Of a stretch of 64,000 bases of DNA, positions 19,932 to 29,278 are shown piece after piece. The position numbers and the translations under genes are program-made. How positions within the stretch are numbered: the first letter of the stretch is position 1; each line of letters opens with the position of its first letter. Below the pieces are notes generated by a model, which saw only the letters and a list, made by a program, of their open reading frames with translations, was not told where the DNA came from and made no database searches. This DNA is from a virus (taxonomy: Duplodnaviria; Caudoviricetes): IMG/VR virus record IMGVR_UViG_3300003937_000325. One strand, 5' to 3'.

Positions 19932-19960
19932 ATTATAGGTAATGATTATAGAATTGTCAA
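19932..19960 (-). promoter_or_regulatory. Consensus sigma70-type promoter TTGACA-N17-TATAAT(TTG) for DNA polymerase
   Basis: Exact match read on the minus strand; 17-nt spacer counted. Confidence 0.75.
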
Positions 19961-19961
19961 A

Positions 19962-20417
19962 CTATTTTGTGTTTCTTTCTTGCCATTCGTAAGATACTGA
20001 ATCTTCATCTATCGGACCACCTTTAGCCCAAGTATAACAAGTTCTAGCTGAGTGACATTTGAAGTTGTGCATCCAACAGTAACCTAAACGACCATCATCA
20101 TCTGATGTAACTCCAGGCATACATTCATCCATTCGTTTTGATATGTCAAATGCAACACAATTACCACATAAAGATTTTTTAGCTGCCTCTTCAGTAGTAT
20201 CCCAATGTTTCGATAAGTCTTGCCAATAATCACCAGGTTCATCTACATTTAATGGTCCATATTTTATATGTTCTGACTTTATAGATGAGTCTCGATTTTT
20301 CGTATTTAATTCTAAATCTTGAGTGGCTTTTGGACAGTCCATTTCTGATTCGCCTAATAATCTACGATTTAATCTTTCGATTACTAAATTTTTTTGCCTC
20401 CTTATACTATTACTCAT
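19962..20417 (-). CDS. Cys/His-rich hypothetical protein (putative metal-binding)
   Basis: CGNC...C...CWMHNFKCHSARTC; N-terminal RLNRRLLGESE leader. Confidence 0.65.
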   Translation of the reverse strand: MSNSIRRQKNLVIERLNRRLLGESEMDCPKATQDLELNTKNRDSSIKSEHIKYGPLNVDEPGDYWQDLSKHWDTTEEAAKKSLCGNCVAFDISKRMDECMPGVTSDDDGRLGYCWMHNFKCHSARTCYTWAKGGPIDEDSVSYEWQERNTK

Positions 20418-20448
20418 AGATTATAATAAGTTAATTTATTTTACCATT

Positions 20449-22224
20449 TTAGTCACATGGTATTATGCTTGTAACCATTCCATTAGTTACAATAAGTATA
20501 TCAGTACTACCATCAACAGCTATACGACCGTTATCGAACGGGAATTCACCATTAGGGTCTGTAAATATTGGGTTATTTTGTGCTGGAGTAGTATTAGTCT
20601 CGTCTTTAAATTTAGCGAAGTAATACGTTTCAGTTTTAACCGCCGCACATTGTGTTACTCCTGATGCACCTATAAATGAAGGTAACGCCGCAGGACATGA
20701 AATATCCATATCCCATACTGTATTACTATAAAATCCAATACTTTCTAGTCTTAGGTCAGATGCAAGAGTATTTGTTTTCGGTATCACCATAAGGTTCCAT
20801 GTTCTTGGGTCACCAGCATCAGTACCTGTGTTCGCCACATAATCCCCATTTTGGAATGTTGCGTTGGCAGTACCGTTTACTACCCAAGCTTCGTTAGCAT
20901 CTAAATAATATTGGGTTAATTCATATGATACTCCCGCAGTAATACTTGTAGGTGCCTCGGTTGGTGAACTTGTTCCAACATATGTGAAGTTTCCGGTACC
21001 TGGACTTGTTGACTTGACTGGGTTTGTTACTGCAAGATTTGGACTAAACAATGTATTGTAGGTTGCTAAGTTATGACGTACTCTAATACCATCTGGAATT
21101 GAACGAGGCCCGAAATAAATAACAACCGCACCTGTGTCAGTACCAACACTAAAGTCAACAAGATACTTACCTTGTGTACCTATAGGTATACTTGGGGCTC
21201 TATTACACGGTTGTAAAGGTATTGCTGGCTCAGTTGGTGTCGGAGTTGGTGTTGAAGTACTAGTTGGTGTCGGGCTGACATCTCCACCTCCACCTGTTGT
21301 TGGTGTTGGAGTCGGAGTCGTAGTATTAGTTGGTGTTGGAGTCACATTTTTATCATCTGTAGTTGGTGTCGGAGTTGGTGTTGAAGTACTAGTTGGTGTT
21401 GGGCTGACATCTCCACCCCCACCTGTAGTTGGTGTCGGAGTTGGTGTTGAAGTACTAGTTGGTGTTGGGCTGACATCTCCACCTCCACCTGTTGTCGGTG
21501 TTGGTGTTGGGGTTGAGGTATTAGTTGGTGTCGGGCTTGGAGCTATATCACATATACAATTTCCATTTGTATTTGCTGACCCACCACATGATGGACTATT
21601 GTTTATTACACTCAGAGCACAAATTGTTTTTGAATCGTATCGGTCGAGTATGATTTGTGTAGTTATACCCTCACAATCTACTACTGTAAATGTTGTACCA
21701 GATTCACATTCCATACCTCCATATAAGGACCACGTATTACAACATGGATTCGTTGGTGTTGGTGTCGGGGTTGATGTGTTAGTTGGGGTATTAGTTGGAG
21801 TAGACGTGGGAGGAAGACCTGTTGTTACTGTCGGTGTCGGTGTTACAGTATTAGTTGGCGTATTTGTCGGTGTTACAGTATTAGTTGGAGTATTTGTCGG
21901 TGTTACAGTATTAGTTGGCGTATTTGTTGGGGTAGACGTGGGAGGAAGTCCTGCCGTTACTGTTGGTGTTGGTGTTTGAGTTGGCGTACTAGTGGGTGTT
22001 GGGGTGACAAAAGATACTGTTGCAATAACATCACACGGAGAATCACTTGCACATATATATACGTTATGAGTATCAACATCAACAAATGAATACCCATCAA
22101 TTAATTGTTGTCTAGTTACCGTAGCAATTAGATTTCCAGCATCTATTGAGGTATGATAAATATTAATCACCGAGATATTTGTCCCGACCGTTAATCCTGT
22201 TAATGTTACTGTTCTATTCGCCAT
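20449..22224 (-). CDS. Thr/Pro-rich (mucin-like) putative virion appendage protein
   Basis: Two long PT/PTNT tracts separated by a Cys-rich domain, with a beta-rich C-terminal domain; TATTTAT 8 nt upstream. Confidence 0.7.
   Translation of the reverse strand: MANRTVTLTGLTVGTNISVINIYHTSIDAGNLIATVTRQQLIDGYSFVDVDTHNVYICASDSPCDVIATVSFVTPTPTSTPTQTPTPTVTAGLPPTSTPTNTPTNTVTPTNTPTNTVTPTNTPTNTVTPTPTVTTGLPPTSTPTNTPTNTSTPTPTPTNPCCNTWSLYGGMECESGTTFTVVDCEGITTQIILDRYDSKTICALSVINNSPSCGGSANTNGNCICDIAPSPTPTNTSTPTPTPTTGGGGDVSPTPTSTSTPTPTPTTGGGGDVSPTPTSTSTPTPTPTTDDKNVTPTPTNTTTPTPTPTTGGGGDVSPTPTSTSTPTPTPTEPAIPLQPCNRAPSIPIGTQGKYLVDFSVGTDTGAVVIYFGPRSIPDGIRVRHNLATYNTLFSPNLAVTNPVKSTSPGTGNFTYVGTSSPTEAPTSITAGVSYELTQYYLDANEAWVVNGTANATFQNGDYVANTGTDAGDPRTWNLMVIPKTNTLASDLRLESIGFYSNTVWDMDISCPAALPSFIGASGVTQCAAVKTETYYFAKFKDETNTTPAQNNPIFTDPNGEFPFDNGRIAVDGSTDILIVTNGMVTSIIPCD
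21230..21540 (-). repeat. Five ~21-22 aa tandem units SPTPTSTSTPTPTPTTGGGGDV
   Basis: Visible in the translation and as ~66-nt near-identical DNA repeats. Confidence 0.85.
21745..22010 (-). repeat. PTNTVTPTNT-type tandem repeats (30-nt unit x3) plus duplicated VTxGLPPTSTPTNT
   Basis: Repeated tgttacagtattagttggcgtatttgtcgg-like units at 21841-21930. Confidence 0.85.
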
Positions 22225-22318
22225 CTTAAATTATAAATATAGTTGATTTTATTATTCTTGTCATATTATTATAAATATATCCACTTTTAGTAATCTTATT
22301 ATATTTTTATTTACCTTT

Positions 22319-22672
22319 TTAAATTATATTAATATACAAATTTTCTCTTATTGGAGCAATTAACTTACCCATTGAGTTATGTATATGGAACTCACCAATG
22401 AACCTACCTTTAGTGTTCGTATCCTTTTTACGCCACTTATAATAAATATAATATTCATAAGGAGCATCGGGGTTATTTTGTATTTTTTCAGTTATATACG
22501 CATTTTCCATTAAAATTTTAGGAATACCATTCGATTCATTTTTCATCGAAAATCTAATTGTTGCGGTATCTAAATCCGTATCAAATATTTTATATGCGTC
22601 TGTTCGCCCATCTCTGACGACCTGCATTTTCAATATTGGTAACTCACTATTTTGTCTTATAAAAAATTCCAT
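22319..22672 (-). CDS. BppU-like / baseplate-adaptor small beta protein
   Basis: MEFFIRQNSELPILKMQV...YKWRKKDTNTKGRFIGEF pattern; paralogue of 24405..24596. Confidence 0.5.
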   Translation of the reverse strand: MEFFIRQNSELPILKMQVVRDGRTDAYKIFDTDLDTATIRFSMKNESNGIPKILMENAYITEKIQNNPDAPYEYYIYYKWRKKDTNTKGRFIGEFHIHNSMGKLIAPIRENLYINII

Positions 22673-22705
22673 ACTATCAATAAATAGTTTTTATATTTAA
22701 TTAGG

Positions 22706-24082
22706 TTATTGATTACTTCCGTAACATTCCATACTAATCTCATTAGATGTTATTTTATACTCATAACACTCACTACTACCTGATGGTAAGTTACTAACTA
22801 AAACATATAATGGAAAGTCGTTATATGTTAATCCGGTACCGTAAATTTCCCATGGACCACCAACACAGTCTCTAAACTGTACAGTAAAGGTAAATGAAGG
22901 GGAAGACATATTGGACTCAATAGATAACTCACAATATGGTTCTTCAGGAGTATCTTGACATATCATATGTTGACCATACGTGGACGCGTAACTATATCCA
23001 TCTGCAATTCTTTCAGGTCTAAATTCAAGATTAATAAAAGTAATTCCAAAATTAGCACAATATGACATAATAGTATGACAATCAGAATTTGGTATGTTAC
23101 AAGGAAAGTTTGGGCAATCAGAAATATATGTACCATCGAATGTACCTAAAGGAATGGTCCATGTACCATAGTCCCATGTGTGGAATCCAAGAACAGCATG
23201 ACCCACTTCATGAGCATGTAAAAAATTATCAAATAAATTACCTGTAACTCCCGACATAACATAAGGTAAGTCTACGTTAACATTATATGCAACTGCAACA
23301 TTATTAATTGTATTATCAATATCAGGATAATAAATTCCTAAGAAATTAGATATCCCTTGTAACCCCGTATTATTAAAACTTCTTCGATTTATCTGATAAA
23401 TGAAGTTATAGTCAATACCCGGTAATAAAGTATTATGGTTATTTTTATAATAAGTACCAATAGTATCTCGATATTGTACTTCATTAGGATTTCCCGCAAC
23501 ATTCCATGGTTCTGAGGTTTGAGTAGTCCATTCTACGATACCTTTAACTTTAAAAGTGAAATCACCATTAAAACTTGGTTCATAGAAGGCATTAAGGAAT
23601 AAATTCATCGATTCAATATAAAGTTGTGAATTACCACCATTTTGCTGTATTCTATTATATGAATTAAACGGTAAATCATATATCATATCGACACAATAAT
23701 ATTGTGACCCACTTAAGGACTGTGACATTACCGACTCTCTGAATTGATTAATTTCTCTTTCTTTAGGGTTTACAGTACTACCACAATTAAAATTAGGACC
23801 TTCGATAAATGATTTAAACGCAGTATAAAGTTTATCTGTCGTTTCAGTTAATAAAACTGTAGTACTATTCTTTTCGTATAAACAATAAACCGTAGTTTCA
23901 CTAATACCTAAACTACCAATACTCTTATTACCGTCTTTAATTCGATAAGTTCTAAGTATTGGGCTAACTGACTCTATTATAGAATTTTCACCCTGACTTG
24001 ACAATGTTATTTCAGGATTAGAATACTCAGTTTTTTCTAATCTCATTATCGCCATAGTTCCATCCCAATTAGGAATTGCCAT
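22706..24082 (-). CDS. Reprolysin/M12B-like zinc metallopeptidase (reading frame open upstream to 24436)
   Basis: HEVGHAVLGFH zinc motif and TIMSY Met-turn; the 118 in-frame codons upstream encode a GGS/PT linker with no ATG. Confidence 0.7.
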   Translation of the reverse strand: MAIPNWDGTMAIMRLEKTEYSNPEITLSSQGENSIIESVSPILRTYRIKDGNKSIGSLGISETTVYCLYEKNSTTVLLTETTDKLYTAFKSFIEGPNFNCGSTVNPKEREINQFRESVMSQSLSGSQYYCVDMIYDLPFNSYNRIQQNGGNSQLYIESMNLFLNAFYEPSFNGDFTFKVKGIVEWTTQTSEPWNVAGNPNEVQYRDTIGTYYKNNHNTLLPGIDYNFIYQINRRSFNNTGLQGISNFLGIYYPDIDNTINNVAVAYNVNVDLPYVMSGVTGNLFDNFLHAHEVGHAVLGFHTWDYGTWTIPLGTFDGTYISDCPNFPCNIPNSDCHTIMSYCANFGITFINLEFRPERIADGYSYASTYGQHMICQDTPEEPYCELSIESNMSSPSFTFTVQFRDCVGGPWEIYGTGLTYNDFPLYVLVSNLPSGSSECYEYKITSNEISMECYGSNQ

Positions 24083-24404
24083 TTCAAAGGACTCGTAATT
24101 ATTATCGTAGATATTTTTTAGAGTTTCTGAATTGTAAGTAAATTCTGATAGGTTTTCACCTGTAGAATTAAATGTAAATAAACCTATAGGTGTATCACCT
24201 GAGTTAGTAAATTCACAATTTAACTCACAACTTAACGAATAATTAGGTGTTTGAGATATTGTGGGGGTGGGGGTAGGGGTAATACTTGAAGGTGATGGTG
24301 TAGGGGGTATCGGTGTATTAGACGGTGTAGGGGGTATTCCTCCTCCAGATGAGCCTCCTCCAGATGAACCTCCACCATACGGTTTACAACATAGTTCAGG
24401 CTTG

Positions 24405-24596
24405 CTAATTGAATCTGATAACTGAGGCAGGTTTATTCATAATGTAATAAACATTAGTTTCTTCATTCCACATACTAAAAGTGATAGTCGAGTCTTTAGT
24501 TAAGTTATCAAACTCTCTAAAGTCAACTCTACCATCTTTTACTATTTGTACCTTTATAATAGGTAACGTACTATTTTTTCTTATAAAAAATTCCAT
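24405..24596 (-). pseudogene. Truncated BppU-like N-terminal domain, out of frame with the downstream linker-peptidase frame
   Basis: The first ~60 aa align by eye with 22319..22672, then the ORF stops; the +1 frame continues SDSISKPELCC-GGS-PT-peptidase. Confidence 0.55.
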
Positions 24597-26707
24597 TATG
24601 TTATTACGTTAAAGTTAGGGTTACAATCTGTTTCGGATATATCAAAACCGAAATCACAAGTTATTTCATCAGTTACAAAATCAAAATCACATACTGCCTC
24701 TTCCGCATCAAAATCAAAGTAACATCCCAATAAACAAGGGAAACAGTTACTACACCAAAAGTCATATAAATTATATCTACCTTTTAGTTCTCTATAATTA
24801 TGTTGAACTTGCGGAGTTGATAATGGTTCGGTATACATCCTAAACTGAGATATCCCACCCATAAAAGTTCCCCCAAAATTAGGTTCAAGTAAGATATCAG
24901 TGGTTAAACCAGATAATGAAGTACCCGATAAAGTTTGGTTTGGCATCGATTCTGGGTCCTGTATATACTTTCCTTCTGTGGCGGTACATGCGCTAAACAT
25001 TAAACTCTCTCTAAGTCCTTGGGTACCTCCGCCCCAACTTACATTAAATGGTACTCCAAGTTGTTTTTCTTTTTGAGTATTTAATTCACGAGGTATAATT
25101 TCTTCAAAATCCTCAATAACCATAAATAGGTAACCATTAACATATAATTTTAATAACCCTCTTCTTCTGTCTTTATTACGTAACCATTTTCTATTTAATT
25201 CAATTAAACTTTCCTTTTTCTCTTTTTTACTACCTATATGTGTTTGTGGTGGCATTATTAAATTGTACGCGGCACCATTTATTGCTGACGGGTAAACCAC
25301 ATCTCTTATATCACCTAAACCTCCCCAATTAATTAAATCACAGTCCTCTAATGTTTGATACCTCTCAAATACGGCAGAAAACATTACCCATCTTTCTTCA
25401 GTATTAGCAGTTAAACAAACTAATGAGTCGTACCCACAATCATCATATATTCCCCTAACTGAACAAATCTCATTAATACAATAACCTGAAGAATATGTTA
25501 ATCCTGTTGTTCCACAGCTACCTGTTGTAACACAGTCACCTGTTAATTTAATGTATTTAACACATAAGTGTGGGTTTTTAGGGTCCCCCGATAATCTTAT
25601 TGACATTGCATTTGAAAGTGCATCAACCCCTGGGTCCACCGGTGGGTTAACTATTGTAGTATCATATGCTCCGCAAGGTCCCGTATTATGTTTAACTGTG
25701 GTACCTGTAGTTGGAAAAACTTTAAAACAATCTGAATTGGTTACTCCTGTGTCGGCACAAGCACATGTTCTTATACAATCATCTAATCCGGTGGTAACTC
25801 TTTTATATGTCCATTCTGTACTACTTTTACCTGAGGTATCAACATTAAACCCGCAATTATAGTTATAACAACCTAAACCGTCTGAACCTTGATTACCTCT
25901 TTTAGATTCTACTTTACCTGAAGCAGGGTGGTAATATTTATTTTCAGCCCTCGTACCAAAATAAAAGAACATACCCGCATTTTCAGGGTAGACATCATTT
26001 AAATAAACTTCAGAAGGTTGTATATTAAATTCTTCTCTTTGCCTTGGTTTAATCACAGTCTCCATAGTCCATCCTTTATTTACTCTTTCAGGAAAAACTT
26101 CGTAATCATAACCAAATAATTTATAAAAACCTTGATAAAATCCTCCGTATAACTCATTATAGTAACCTATCGAATCAAAATTATTTTTAGATACTATATT
26201 ATAAATTGTTTTTGAATTACCCGAAAACCTATGGTTTGGATAATCGGCATATGAAGTTACTGGATGAAATTTCATTCTACGGTCATAGTAATGTGGGTTC
26301 CATTTTTCAAAATCATTAATACCCATTGTAAATGTTATGGTTTCACCTGTCATTTTATCATATAACCCGTTATCGGTTGCAACCAAACCTATATCACACA
26401 AAGTAGTCGCCGATTCACAGAATAAATCAACATTTTTAGGGTTATAATAATTTTCAGACACTAAAGTATTTCCGGTATAATTAACATTCCACAACAATTT
26501 CATTTTTTGGTTAGATATATTTGATGATAAATCAATATACACGGGTAACCTATCTCCATCGTCTTCCGCAATAAGTTTTTTAGAAAATACTACCTCCTCA
26601 TCATAATCTCTTTCATCTGAAGCGATTGTAAGGTCAAAGTAACTACTACTATCTAAACGGATATCGTATCGATTAAAATTATAATTATTAATATTCTGAC
26701 TTGCCAT
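24596..26707 (-). CDS. Large virion/tail-associated protein with C-terminal LamG/concanavalin-like domain
   Basis: GLLKLYVNG...GGISQFRMYTEPLSTPQVQHNY is a LamG-like ending; Cys-rich; late motif upstream. Confidence 0.5.
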   Translation of the reverse strand: MASQNINNYNFNRYDIRLDSSSYFDLTIASDERDYDEEVVFSKKLIAEDDGDRLPVYIDLSSNISNQKMKLLWNVNYTGNTLVSENYYNPKNVDLFCESATTLCDIGLVATDNGLYDKMTGETITFTMGINDFEKWNPHYYDRRMKFHPVTSYADYPNHRFSGNSKTIYNIVSKNNFDSIGYYNELYGGFYQGFYKLFGYDYEVFPERVNKGWTMETVIKPRQREEFNIQPSEVYLNDVYPENAGMFFYFGTRAENKYYHPASGKVESKRGNQGSDGLGCYNYNCGFNVDTSGKSSTEWTYKRVTTGLDDCIRTCACADTGVTNSDCFKVFPTTGTTVKHNTGPCGAYDTTIVNPPVDPGVDALSNAMSIRLSGDPKNPHLCVKYIKLTGDCVTTGSCGTTGLTYSSGYCINEICSVRGIYDDCGYDSLVCLTANTEERWVMFSAVFERYQTLEDCDLINWGGLGDIRDVVYPSAINGAAYNLIMPPQTHIGSKKEKKESLIELNRKWLRNKDRRRGLLKLYVNGYLFMVIEDFEEIIPRELNTQKEKQLGVPFNVSWGGGTQGLRESLMFSACTATEGKYIQDPESMPNQTLSGTSLSGLTTDILLEPNFGGTFMGGISQFRMYTEPLSTPQVQHNYRELKGRYNLYDFWCSNCFPCLLGCYFDFDAEEAVCDFDFVTDEITCDFGFDISETDCNPNFNVIT

Positions 26708-26722
26708 GAATGGTTTTTATAG

Positions 26723-26748
26723 ATAAATACTTTGTTCGTAGTATTTAT
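26723..26748. promoter_or_regulatory. Back-to-back putative late promoters (ATAAATA 26723-26729; TATTTAT 26742-26748)
   Basis: Each copy lies 15 nt from the ATG of a divergent gene (26707 and 26764). Confidence 0.6.
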
Positions 26749-26763
26749 ATTAAAAAAGAATCT

Positions 26764-27516
26764 ATGAAGTCGTATCTTTATAAAACAAAGGAGGGTGCTG
26801 AGAAAGCCTCAAAGGAATTGGGTTGTGAGGGTTCTCACAAACATAAAAGAAAAACATTTATGCCGTGTAAAACACATAAAGAGTTTTTAGATGTTACTCA
26901 GACCTCAAAACCTGAAGGAGAAATGGATGAGATAATTGACTATGACGGTACTATGTTAAATTCTAAAATACCGATTTTAGACCCTAATGTTAGTGCGGAT
27001 GGTAATACAACTATGGATAAGACTGTTGCGATGGCTCGTATTACACAAGACCCGTTAACAAGAGGGTATAGAACATATTATGGTGAGAGTATCGAAAAAC
27101 GAGAAGTTAGTGAAGAAGATATGGAAGACGCTTTTGGTTATGACGAAACCAAATTTATGGATGCCGATGAAACTATAGATTTCTTTATGGATGAATTAGG
27201 TTTTGATGAAGACGACGCTAAAGGTAGGTCTGAAGAAATGGGTAAAGACCCTAAATTAGATGATAGTTCAGAGTTTAAAGATAAGAAAAATTTTGTCATG
27301 AAAGGTCGACTTACAGAAAAAGGAAAAGTTTTAAGTAAAGAAGACTTAATTAAGATGGCTGACGATATGTTAGTTAGTAAATCTGAAGATAAAGATTTAA
27401 AAATTGACCGTAAACTTTCACCAATATTAGTTAGAAATATAAAGGCATTAAAAAAATTGGCATTATTAGATGGTATATCAACATCCGAATTAGTTAAAAT
27501 TTTAAAAAATGAATAA
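26764..27516 (+). CDS. Hypothetical protein, N-terminal GCEGSHKH...MPCKTH Cys/His module (start revised to 26764)
   Basis: The ATG at 26764 follows TATTTAT by 15 nt; the track start at 26710 is upstream of that motif. Confidence 0.65.
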   Translation: MKSYLYKTKEGAEKASKELGCEGSHKHKRKTFMPCKTHKEFLDVTQTSKPEGEMDEIIDYDGTMLNSKIPILDPNVSADGNTTMDKTVAMARITQDPLTRGYRTYYGESIEKREVSEEDMEDAFGYDETKFMDADETIDFFMDELGFDEDDAKGRSEEMGKDPKLDDSSEFKDKKNFVMKGRLTEKGKVLSKEDLIKMADDMLVSKSEDKDLKIDRKLSPILVRNIKALKKLALLDGISTSELVKILKNE

Positions 27517-27973
27517 GGAATTATATAACAGAAAAGTTAAAGTACCTGAATCACTTTGTAATCACCTATCTCAGTGTTTTGATTCTGTTGACGCCGATAG
27601 TAATGTCGAAGGGTTTAATAGAAACCAAGACTTAAGAAAAAGTGGTGTGGCCACTTACCAACAAATTAAAAGAATTAAAAATTGGTTTGAAGGTTATGAG
27701 GGTAATAAAGAAGATTCACCATACATTTTAAATGGTGGTGAAAGAATGGAAAAATGGTGTGATAGTGTTTTAGACCATTGGAGAAAAACATTAGATATCG
27801 GTAAAAAGGCCAAATCAGAAGGTGGTATGGAAAATGAATATATAAAATATCATACTAAAGATGGAATAGTTGTTAGTCCTAATCAAAAACATGAGAAAGG
27901 TATTAACAAATTTGACACGTCTGTAACTGAACAAATAAAACAAATAAACGATATAATGAAAACATTAATATAA
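27509..27973 (+). CDS. Hypothetical protein
   Basis: Overlaps both neighbours; its LNGG...W motif is shared with the C-terminus of 51002..51547. Confidence 0.65.
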   Translation: MNKELYNRKVKVPESLCNHLSQCFDSVDADSNVEGFNRNQDLRKSGVATYQQIKRIKNWFEGYEGNKEDSPYILNGGERMEKWCDSVLDHWRKTLDIGKKAKSEGGMENEYIKYHTKDGIVVSPNQKHEKGINKFDTSVTEQIKQINDIMKTLI

Positions 27974-28272
27974 TGGCAACACAAAATGACAAATTAGACT
28001 TCGCACAACCAGCTAACTCATTATCTGAATACGCTGAAGCGGAAAGAGCAAAGTTATTCCCTAAGAATGATTTTTCACCAAAAAGTGACCTTTACTCACC
28101 TCAACATCCCGATGCGATGGCAGATGGTGATAATATTGGTAGAGGAACTGCTCAATTTTTAGATGTCTACAACGAAACTGCTGGTACTTCAACAGATATA
28201 CAAGCAAGGGTTGAAAACACAAAAATTGATAAATATAGTCCTAATAAACCCTACCCTAACTTCGACTTGTAA
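27973..28272 (+). CDS. Hypothetical protein
   Basis: TAATG coupling on both sides. Confidence 0.65.
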   Translation: MATQNDKLDFAQPANSLSEYAEAERAKLFPKNDFSPKSDLYSPQHPDAMADGDNIGRGTAQFLDVYNETAGTSTDIQARVENTKIDKYSPNKPYPNFDL

Positions 28273-28655
28273 TGAAATTACTTACCACGGTTAAAGGTCT
28301 TATAAATGAAATTGCGTCTCTTAGTGATATTGAAAAATCAATTAGAGACCGAAAAGTTGTAGTTATTAATTACGATGGTAAGGAACCCGGTGGTAAGGGA
28401 TATAGAACAATAGAACCTGTTTGTGTGGGTAGAAGTAAGGGTGGTAATAATATGGTACTCAGAGCATGGGATACTGAAGGTGCGTCACATACCGCAACTA
28501 TAGGTGAAAAACCATTACCCGGATGGAGGTTATTCAGAGTTGATAAAATATTTACTTATAAGTTAACTAATGATACCTTTAATGAACCTAGACCTAACTA
28601 CAACCCTAACGGTGATAACAGTATGTCTAGTGTAATTTTAAACGCAAAATTTTAA
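28272..28655 (+). CDS. Stand-alone WYL-domain protein
   Basis: VINY...RTIEPVCVG...LRAW...WRLFRVDKI matches the WYL 'R-x-x-x-P...R-x-F-R-x-D-R-I' pattern; no HTH. Confidence 0.75.
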   Translation: MKLLTTVKGLINEIASLSDIEKSIRDRKVVVINYDGKEPGGKGYRTIEPVCVGRSKGGNNMVLRAWDTEGASHTATIGEKPLPGWRLFRVDKIFTYKLTNDTFNEPRPNYNPNGDNSMSSVILNAKF

Positions 28656-28666
28656 TATAAAATAAT

Positions 28667-29278
28667 ATGAGTGACTTAATGCAAAAATTAGCAGTTTCTA
28701 AAAAAATAATGGATAAACACAATGGAACACCTAGGAATCAAGGTGGAGGGTCACTACCTATGTCCGAAAATATAAACGCGACATATAATGTGCCTCAAGA
28801 TATGATACAACAACAAGTACCTCAACAACAAGTACCTCAACAGGCTCAACCAATTAGTAATGGTGAACCTGTAAGTGAAAATGCGATTAAAAATTCTAAA
28901 TTACCGGATGAAATAAAAAAATTAATGTTAGAAAATCCTATAGTTCAGCCACAGTCTAATGGTCCAGTATTAACTGACGAATTAATACAAGGAGCCACAC
29001 GACTAATGAATAATAATACACCTCCTCAAACAGGTCCTTTACAAAATGAAGGTAATACTGTTATCTCTAATTCTTCAACAATACCAAACAATGGGGATTT
29101 AAAACAAATGATTAGAGATGTAGTTCGTGACACAGTTAGAGATGTTGTTAGAGAAGAATTAAAAAGTTCGGGTATTGTTACTGAAGGAAACCAAAAAGTT
29201 AATGAAACATTATCTCTTAGAGTAGGTAAACATGTGTTTGAAGGAAAAGTCCTTAAAGTAAAAAAAGTAAAACAATAA
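28667..29278 (+). CDS. Gln/Pro/Asn-rich hypothetical protein
   Basis: ORF track; contains QQQVP x2. Confidence 0.6.
   Translation: MSDLMQKLAVSKKIMDKHNGTPRNQGGGSLPMSENINATYNVPQDMIQQQVPQQQVPQQAQPISNGEPVSENAIKNSKLPDEIKKLMLENPIVQPQSNGPVLTDELIQGATRLMNNNTPPQTGPLQNEGNTVISNSSTIPNNGDLKQMIRDVVRDTVRDVVREELKSSGIVTEGNQKVNETLSLRVGKHVFEGKVLKVKKVKQ

Noticed and set aside
21134-21979. 281-aa plus-strand ORF rich in VGVGV
   Set aside because: Antisense shadow of the PT repeats; no promoter motif or independent coding signal
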